A DNA stretch of 64,000 nt from an uncultured Veillonellaceae bacterium (GTDB taxonomy: Bacteria > Bacillota > Negativicutes > Veillonellales > Megasphaeraceae). Shown here piece by piece: positions 58,417 to 64,000 of the stretch (positions are counted from its first letter, which is position 1; each line of letters opens with the position of its first letter). The stretch spans positions 29,845 to 93,844 of the forward strand of contig UREG01000001.1 in the NCBI GenBank assembly GCA_900546795.1. Direction: 5' to 3'. A model generated the notes under the pieces. That model ran no database searches, was not told the DNA's origin, and saw nothing but the letters and a program-made list of their open reading frames with translations. The translations under genes and the position numbers were made by a program.

Positions 58417-58997
58417 AGGGTTTCCCCGCTTTCATACCCATTTACCAATACCCGCAGTTTTCCGGTATGCGGATCGATGATCAGCCCGTGTACCGGCAAA
58501 TCTTTGGGCAGGTAGGGATTGGTTTTCAGGAGTGTTACGGTATGGCGTACGTTTTCTTCCGGGTGATGGAAGTAGTCCGCCCATTCCGTCAATGCCGGGC
58601 GGATGGCTTCGATCGCTTCGTCGGTCACGCCCCGGGCTTTCATATGGATGATCAGGCTGTCTGCCGTCGTATGCACCATGCCGCAGTCATCGTGGCCTAC
58701 AACTAGAAGTTCTTCTACGCCCAGTTCATAGACGGCAACCATAAAGCTGCGGATAATGCCGTCAAACGGATGCGTAACCGTATTGCCTGCGTTTTTGATA
58801 ATCTTGGCTTCGCCCCGCCGGATTCCCAGCGCCGGCTCCAAAAAGTCTACGAGCCGCGTATCCATACAGGTGAGGACGCCCAGTTTTCGTTCCGGATATT
58901 TGCTGACCGCTTCGGTCTGCACCGGCCGGAGACGGCCCGCTTCTTTATCCGCTACAAACTGGCGGTTCAGTTCCAGTATTTGTTCCAGTACATGCAT
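58407..58997 (-). CDS. Beta-class carbonic anhydrase.
   Basis: 196 aa. Zn ligands in CMDTR and HDDCG motifs. Confidence 0.85.
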   Translation of the reverse strand: MHVLEQILELNRQFVADKEAGRLRPVQTEAVSKYPERKLGVLTCMDTRLVDFLEPALGIRRGEAKIIKNAGNTVTHPFDGIIRSFMVAVYELGVEELLVVGHDDCGMVHTTADSLIIHMKARGVTDEAIEAIRPALTEWADYFHHPEENVRHTVTLLKTNPYLPKDLPVHGLIIDPHTGKLRVLVNGYESGETLCR

Positions 58998-59013
58998 TGC
59001 CCTGCCTCTTTTC

Positions 59014-60372
59014 TTACGCGTTTGCCGCGTCCATCAGCCGTTTGGCTTTGATATATTCGTCGATGCCGGCAGCGGCTTTTTTGGCTTCTTTCATCGCCAG
59101 CACGACAGTCGCCGGTTCGTGCACCAGGTCGCCGGCGGCAAATACGCCCGGCACGCTGGTCATGCCGTACGGCAGCTCTTTGGTTTCCAGGTAATTCCAT
59201 GTATTGCGGGAAAGGCCGGGAACGGTATCGAGCACCGCCGCTTCCGGCACGTTGCCGACAGCCGGCACAATCACATCGGCCGGTATCGTTTCCATTTTGC
59301 CGGTAGGCACCATGGTCGCGTCTTCCAGAACTTCCTGGATTTCACAGACAAGGCCTTCTATTTTTTCCGTTCCGGTCACGCCTTTAGGAGCATGGTAGAA
59401 TAAAAATTCGATGCCTTCTTCTTTGGCTTCTTCATATTCAGAGCGCAGGCATTTCATATTCGCTTCTCCCCGGCGGTATACGACGGTCACTTTGCAGCCC
59501 AGCCGTTTGCAGGTACGCGCCGCGTCGATCGCCACATTGCCGGCCCCAATAATCAGGACCGTCTGTCCCGGCTGCACCGGAATCTCCTCTGCGCTCCATT
59601 CGCCGTTCTGCACGCCCTGCACCGTCCAAAGCAGCGCCGAAGCATCTACTATGCCCGGCAGGCCGTCATTTTCCAGGCGAAGGGTCTGGGATACATTCGT
59701 TCCCATGCCGAGGAAGCAAGCGTCATAGCCTTGTTCCCACACCTGTTCCAACGTAAGGTCGGTGCCGAATTTTGTCTGACAGACAAACTGCACGCCCATC
59801 GCTTCCAGATCTGCGATATGACGATGGACAACGGATTTTTTCAAGCGGAAGGAAGGAATACCGTATAGCAGTACGCCGCCAGGCTCGCCTTTTTCTTCAT
59901 AAACCGTCACGTCGTAATCGAGCCCCGCCAAATCATGAGCAACGGTCAGGCCTGCCGGCCCGGAACCGATAACCGCAACGCGGCCTGCTTTTTTAGTGCT
60001 TTTTTTGACCGGCCGAATATGGTTTTCCTTGTCCAAGTCCGCAATGAATCGTTCGATTTTGCCGATTTGAATGGGATTGCCTTTTTTCCCCAGTATGCAG
60101 GCGCCTTCGCATTGGTTTTCCCGCGGACAGATGCGGCCGCAGATCTCCGGCATGTTGGTATGGCGCGCCAGTATGTCCGCCGCTTCGCCAAAATTGCCTT
60201 CTGCAACAGCTTTGGTAAACTGCGGTATTTCATTGGCAATCGGACAGCCCCGGCGGCACAGCGGATTGGCGCAGTGCAGGCAGCGCCGGGCTTCTTGTAT
60301 TGCTTCTTCCATCGTATAGTCCCGATCGTGAAGTTCCTCTTCTTCAAATCGGATGCATGTGGTTTCTTCCAT
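59014..60372 (-). CDS. gltD: Glutamate synthase small-subunit-like NAD(P)H oxidoreductase (GltD family). The start is probably at MEETTCIRFEE. The ORF-track start is 28 codons upstream.
   Basis: Fe-S Cys cluster (CLHCANPLC...CPxxxxC) followed by an FAD/NAD Rossmann motif (VAVIGSGPAGL). AAGGAG RBS before the ATG at 60372. Not adjacent to gltB. Confidence 0.82.
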   Translation of the reverse strand: MEETTCIRFEEEELHDRDYTMEEAIQEARRCLHCANPLCRRGCPIANEIPQFTKAVAEGNFGEAADILARHTNMPEICGRICPRENQCEGACILGKKGNPIQIGKIERFIADLDKENHIRPVKKSTKKAGRVAVIGSGPAGLTVAHDLAGLDYDVTVYEEKGEPGGVLLYGIPSFRLKKSVVHRHIADLEAMGVQFVCQTKFGTDLTLEQVWEQGYDACFLGMGTNVSQTLRLENDGLPGIVDASALLWTVQGVQNGEWSAEEIPVQPGQTVLIIGAGNVAIDAARTCKRLGCKVTVVYRRGEANMKCLRSEYEEAKEEGIEFLFYHAPKGVTGTEKIEGLVCEIQEVLEDATMVPTGKMETIPADVIVPAVGNVPEAAVLDTVPGLSRNTWNYLETKELPYGMTSVPGVFAAGDLVHEPATVVLAMKEAKKAAAGIDEYIKAKRLMDAANA

Positions 60373-60422
60373 ACCTATCCCACTCCTTTTGTATGTATCG
60401 TTTTTTATATTCGGATATAAAA

Positions 60423-60500
60423 ATGGTGCGCCCAAGATGACTCGAACATCCGACACGCAGTTTAGGAAACTGCTGCTCTATCCACCTGAGCTATGGGCGC
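60423..60500 (-). tRNA. tRNA-Arg (anticodon CCT), CCA encoded.
   Basis: The reverse complement reads GCGCCCATAGCTCAGGTGGATAGAGCAGCAGTTTCCTAAACTGCGTGTCGGATGTTCGAGTCATCTTGGGCGCACCA. 7-bp acceptor stem, D-loop AGCTCAGGTGGATAGAGC, anticodon loop TTCCTAA, T-loop GGTTCGAGTCC-like. Confidence 0.85.
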
Positions 60501-60593
60501 ACGTGGTACAAATAGTACAAATATATTTATATCATATTCACCGTAATTTTACAAATTAGATAAGAAAATTTTTGAACAGATACTACATATTTT

Positions 60594-60835
60594 TTATCCA
60601 CAAAACCTGTATAACTTGTGGATAACTGTCATATATCCACAAGTCCAGTGTGTATGCGGTGTGAATTCCCCTCGAAATCTGTTTATCCACAGATTTCCAC
60701 AGAGTTCTCCACAGAGCTGTCCACATACGGGCAGTAGTTATCCACGGCAGAATAAAACCGATTTTCCGCTGATTTCCGCGTGATTTTGTCATTATGGTAA
60801 AAAAATATACACATAGTTGTCCACAATGTGGATAA
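60594..60835. promoter_or_regulatory. Cluster of at least nine DnaA boxes (TTATCCACA and one- or two-mismatch variants) in about 240 bp. Candidate DnaA-titration locus or oriC-type element.
   Basis: Perfect boxes at 60594-60602, 60618-60626 (reverse), 60684-60692 and 60827-60835 (reverse). One-mismatch boxes at 60633-60641, 60705-60713, 60738-60746 and 60817-60825. Two-mismatch boxes at 60693-60701 and 60717-60725. AT-rich flank at 60541-60593. Confidence 0.6.
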
Positions 60836-60856
60836 CTATGTGTATAACTTAACGGA

Positions 60857-61156
60857 TTACTCTGTATATAATTCTGCCGGACGGCTCCAGTCTACGTGCA
60901 CGCCGGTTTCTTTCCACATATATCCCAGCGCCAGCTTCAGCGTTTTTAAGCTGTCTGCCGGCACGGCCTGGATTTCTTCATACGTCTGAAGGCCCGTATA
61001 GTGGTGGAGTTTCTTTTCCGTCGTCAGGTATTCATGGGCAAGTTTTGCCAGTTCCTGATTGGGAATGCGTACTTCTACTTCTTTGGTTTCTTCGTTATAG
61101 AGGATCACGCCGTTGTCGTTATCGCCGGTATGTACGGCTACTTTCCATAAGTTCAT
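60857..61156 (-). CDS. Hypothetical 99-aa protein.
   Basis: Intact ORF in an operon-like arrangement with the downstream M20 peptidase (4-nt overlap). No family recognised. Confidence 0.5.
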   Translation of the reverse strand: MNLWKVAVHTGDNDNGVILYNEETKEVEVRIPNQELAKLAHEYLTTEKKLHHYTGLQTYEEIQAVPADSLKTLKLALGYMWKETGVHVDWSRPAELYTE

Positions 61157-62304
61157 TTGCTGTTCTCCTTTTTATCGTATTCAAATGTATGCGCTTGCCG
61201 AAGGATTTCATAGACCCAGGCGCCGCTTTGGTACAGATGGATCTCCTGCAATTCTTCTTTAGTTGTATGAGGATGCGTCATGCCCACAGCCAGGATCGCC
61301 ATAGGAAGGCCGCGCCGGCAAAAAACGTTGGCATCGGAACCGCCGCCGGTCGATTCGATCCGGACCGGGAACCCCAGGGATTCCGCCGCGGCTTTGGCGC
61401 AGGTTACGGTCGGGCTGTTGGCCGCAAGTTCCATCGGCTCGTAACTCGATTCGACAAGAATATCCGCCGTTCCGCCCAGTTCGGCTGCCGCCGTTTCAAA
61501 TGCCGCTTTCATGTCCGCAGTATACCGGACGAGTTTTTCCGGATTCAGGCTCCGCACTTCCCCTTCGATCACCGCCGTGTCGGGAACGATATTAGTGGCG
61601 GTGCCGCCGCGGACGATCCCGATGTTGGCCGTCGTTTCTTCGTCGATACGGCCGCAGGGAGAGGCAGCAATGCCCCGCGCTGCCATGACGAGCGCGTTGA
61701 TCCCGGTTTCCGGCGCAAGGCCGGCATGAGCGGTTTTGCCGTGCAGGGTAATGTGCAGGCTGTTTTGTCCCGGTGCGCGCACGACGATGCCGCCGGGAGC
61801 GCCGCTGATATCGAGGGCATAGGCCATATCGATCGTTCCTACGTCATAGGTAAAGTGTTTTGCCCCCAAGAGGCCGATTTCTTCACAGATCGTAAAGACA
61901 GCCCATATCGCGCCGTGCTGCGGTTCCTGCGCTAAAAAGCAGCGTATCCCTTCGAGAATCGCCGTAATCCCCGCTTTATCGTCGCTGCCGAGGATCGTAT
62001 CGCCCTGCGAGCGGTACACGCCGTTTTCCAGCACCGGCCGGACACCGCGGCATGGGGACACGCAGTCCATATGCGCCGAAAAGAGCAGCGACGGCAGATG
62101 CGGCGCCGTTGCCTCCCATTTGGCAATCACGTTGCCGCTGTTGGCGCCGACCGCTTCTCCTGCTGCATCTTCTTCCACAATATCCGCGCCCATAAGAGCC
62201 AGCCGGGCTTTCAGCCAGTCCGCTGCGGCCCGCTCTTCTTTGGACGGGCTGTCGATCGCTGCTAAAGTACAGAAGGTTTCGTGCATGTTGTTCTTATGTA
62301 TCAT
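61153..62304 (-). CDS. M20-family metallopeptidase (peptidase T / tripeptidase-like). The start is at MIHKNNMHETF.
   Basis: M20 motifs (HMDCV..., GSDDKAG, E-E). GGGAGA RBS before the ATG at 62304. The ORF-track start lies further upstream without an RBS. Confidence 0.8.
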   Translation of the reverse strand: MIHKNNMHETFCTLAAIDSPSKEERAAADWLKARLALMGADIVEEDAAGEAVGANSGNVIAKWEATAPHLPSLLFSAHMDCVSPCRGVRPVLENGVYRSQGDTILGSDDKAGITAILEGIRCFLAQEPQHGAIWAVFTICEEIGLLGAKHFTYDVGTIDMAYALDISGAPGGIVVRAPGQNSLHITLHGKTAHAGLAPETGINALVMAARGIAASPCGRIDEETTANIGIVRGGTATNIVPDTAVIEGEVRSLNPEKLVRYTADMKAAFETAAAELGGTADILVESSYEPMELAANSPTVTCAKAAAESLGFPVRIESTGGGSDANVFCRRGLPMAILAVGMTHPHTTKEELQEIHLYQSGAWVYEILRQAHTFEYDKKENSK

Positions 62305-63475
62305 GATGGTTCTCCCTTTTTTCAAGTTCCCATACGATGCCCTGCATGACTTGTTTTTCTCCGAACCGGTGCTGGAGCGTATCGAGCAGGTCGGAGATCT
62401 TCTCTCTTTTTTCCCGAGTTTCATCAAAGAGATCCATCTGATGCCGGACGGTCTGTAAGGAGCCGGCAGTCAGCCCGATGAGCCGGACGGGACTGCCCGC
62501 TATACTATTATACAATCCCACAGCCACCTTATACAAATCTTCTTCCCGATCCGTTGCATCTTCCAGCGTAAGGCTCCGCGTCAGGGTACGGAAGGTATTG
62601 AACCGGACTTTTATCGATATGGTCCGCCCCATCTTTCGTTTCTGCCGGAGTCTTGCCGCTACAAGATGAGCAAACAGCCGCCATTTCCGGTCGATCTCTT
62701 CCGGGTCGGTCAAATCTTGAGGAAAGGTTTCCTCATTGCCAATGGACTGCACGTCTCGCTTCCACTCGATCGGTCTGTCGTCTTGTCCGACCGCCAGTTG
62801 TTTGAGCTGGATTGCCAGCTGCCGGCCGCAGAGCGGTTCGAGGACGCGCAGATCTGCCAGGGCAATATCTCCGATCGTACGAAATCCGGCAGCCAGCAGC
62901 CGTTCTTCCGTCACCCGTCCCACGCCCCAAAGACGGCGCAGTGGAAGGGGCGCCAGGATCTCCCGCTCTTTTCCGTAAGGGATATATACCAGGCCGTCCG
63001 GCTTTTTCAGATCCGAGGCCAGTTTTGCCAGGAATTTATTCGGCGCGATGCCTGCCGATGCCGTAAGACCGGTTTCCATTTTAATCTCTCGCTTGATCGC
63101 TCGTCCCAGTTCTTCAATATGGGTATAATGGCTTCCCATGCCGGATATATCCAGAAACGCTTCGTCCAGCGACAGCGGCTCGATATACGGAGAATAGCGT
63201 TCCATAATCGCCCGGATCGTCCGGGAAATCTCCCGGTAATGGGCGATCCTAGGCCGCAGGTATATGCCGTCCGGGCAAAGCCGCTTGGCCCGCTTCATCG
63301 GCATAGCCGAATGGACGCCATACCGCCGCGCTTCATAGGAAGCCGTCGCCACAACGCCCCGTTCGGACAGTCCGCCCACAATGACCGGTTTTCCCCGGTA
63401 TTCTTCCCGTTCCAACTGTTCTACAGACGCATAGAAGGCGTCCATATCTACATGCATCACCCAGCGCCGATCCAT
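62294..63475 (-). CDS. dinB: DNA polymerase IV (Y-family translesion polymerase).
   Basis: 393 aa. N-terminal HVDMDAFYASVE and SLDEAFLD catalytic motifs. Confidence 0.92.
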   Translation of the reverse strand: MDRRWVMHVDMDAFYASVEQLEREEYRGKPVIVGGLSERGVVATASYEARRYGVHSAMPMKRAKRLCPDGIYLRPRIAHYREISRTIRAIMERYSPYIEPLSLDEAFLDISGMGSHYTHIEELGRAIKREIKMETGLTASAGIAPNKFLAKLASDLKKPDGLVYIPYGKEREILAPLPLRRLWGVGRVTEERLLAAGFRTIGDIALADLRVLEPLCGRQLAIQLKQLAVGQDDRPIEWKRDVQSIGNEETFPQDLTDPEEIDRKWRLFAHLVAARLRQKRKMGRTISIKVRFNTFRTLTRSLTLEDATDREEDLYKVAVGLYNSIAGSPVRLIGLTAGSLQTVRHQMDLFDETREKREKISDLLDTLQHRFGEKQVMQGIVWELEKRENHHDT

Positions 63476-63498
63476 CGTTTCCTCCTAAAAAAATATTC

Positions 63499-63523
63499 TA
63501 AAAAAAGCGGCGTTTCCGCCGCT
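63499..63523 (-). terminator. Terminator downstream of arsR.
   Basis: GCGGCG-TTTC-CGCCGC followed by a 7-T run on the minus strand. Confidence 0.7.
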
Positions 63524-63536
63524 CTTTCGCTTTTTC

Positions 63537-63884
63537 TTATAATTCTTTGATATCGCAGGTGCCGTCTTTGCAGTATTTGATCTGGCGGCAAACGCAGCTA
63601 TCCTTTGTTTTATATAAATCAGGAATAAAAGTCATAATCTCTTCAAACGTTTCCGTATTGATCGAGTAGCGTGTCCAAAGCCCGTCTTTTCTTGCATTGA
63701 CGATGCCTGTTTCCACTAAGATGCGCATATGATAACTCAGCGTGGATTGAGACAATTCGAAACTTTGCAAGATATCGCAGGCACACATTTCACCGCAGGA
63801 GAGCATATCCACAATCCGAAGTCTCGTTTCATCACTGAGTGCCTTAAATTTCAAAGAAAACTTTCTGTAGCTGACCTTTTCCAT
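63537..63884 (-). CDS. ArsR/SmtB-family metalloregulatory transcriptional repressor.
   Basis: 115 aa. HTH region with the ELCVCD-like metal site (EMCACD) plus C-terminal Cys residues. Terminator at 63499-63523. Confidence 0.85.
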   Translation of the reverse strand: MEKVSYRKFSLKFKALSDETRLRIVDMLSCGEMCACDILQSFELSQSTLSYHMRILVETGIVNARKDGLWTRYSINTETFEEIMTFIPDLYKTKDSCVCRQIKYCKDGTCDIKEL

Positions 63885-63901
63885 GTAAACTCCCTTTCTT
63901 C

Positions 63902-64000
63902 ACACTAACATTCATTCTGCCGGCCTATCCTGACGCAGGATATTCTGCCAATGTTTCCACCCATTCATCACGGTCCCGATCCGCTCATAAAACGCCTTGT
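63902..64000 (-). CDS. C-terminal end of an unidentified gene that extends beyond the right window edge.
   Basis: Open reverse frame ending ...MNGWKHWQNILRQDRPAE with a stop at 63902-63904. Too short to classify. Confidence 0.3.

Noticed and set aside
60583-60792. 69-aa ORF on the minus strand across the DnaA boxes
   Set aside because: The ORF consists of the DnaA-box repeats themselves. It has no RBS and is almost certainly non-coding.
60594-60835. Interpreting the DnaA-box cluster as the chromosomal origin oriC
   Set aside because: No dnaA, dnaN or gidA is adjacent, and flanking genes on both sides share the same strand, so there is no leading-strand switch. It is kept as a DnaA-box cluster of undetermined role rather than called oriC.

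Overview
This is a 64 kb chromosomal segment that looks like it comes from a diderm Firmicute (Negativicutes). Megasphaera is a guess; the sequence cannot establish genus. It has two TonB-dependent outer-membrane receptors and an OmpH/Skp chaperone, alongside Firmicute-type genes: ytfI-ytfJ, GTCAAA (CtsR-like) repeats upstream of clpB, and an amtB-glnK pair. GC content is moderate to high. It is densely coding, with about 58 protein genes and one tRNA-Arg(CCT) that the ORF track does not show.

Gene content, left to right:
- RidA and a PatB/MalY C-S lyase, then a DcuC-type carrier.
- amtB-glnK with a YheO-like regulator, then purA and an orphan ABC ATPase.
- A PotE-like antiporter, CorA, a flavodoxin, then yjiH-yjiG placed divergently next to two tandem M20D amidohydrolases.
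- A threonine dehydratase, an amino-acid permease and a second RidA, forming a tdc-like operon.
- Three small redox enzymes, then a TonB receptor / periplasmic binding protein / TonB receptor locus.
- A roughly 13 kb run of genes all on the minus strand (28.2-41.5 kb) that looks like an organic-acid catabolic island: LysR, a DctM-like permease, a DASS (CitT-like) transporter, citD-citE-citF, an HD-domain protein, IclR, a second DASS transporter, a family III CoA-transferase, an amidohydrolase, and an HMG-CoA-lyase-like enzyme.
- Downstream: OmpH/Skp, ytfI-ytfJ, cobO, an OYE-family reductase, gltB, ferritin, a DedA-like protein, clpB, ahpC with a permuted ahpF, ybaK, a beta-carbonic anhydrase, a gltD-like gene, tRNA-Arg, a DnaA-box cluster, an M20 peptidase, dinB and arsR.

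Most interesting points:
1. The catabolic island contains a citrate-lyase-like CitDEF set with no citC, citX or citG, and its CitD-like subunit lacks the prosthetic-group serine. It sits next to a CaiB/BaiF-type CoA-transferase and an HMG-CoA-lyase-family enzyme. This may be a free-CoA-dependent lyase system for citrate or C5-branched dicarboxylates.
2. An exact direct duplication of about 1.45 kb carrying the DASS transporter gene flanks citDEF-HD-iclR.
3. A decayed, inverted citF fragment lies about 10.7 kb away from the intact gene.
4. A cluster of at least nine DnaA boxes sits next to the tRNA gene, with no dnaA in the window.
5. The AhpF homologue has its domains in reversed order.
6. YjiH/YjiG are paired with twin M20D amidohydrolases.
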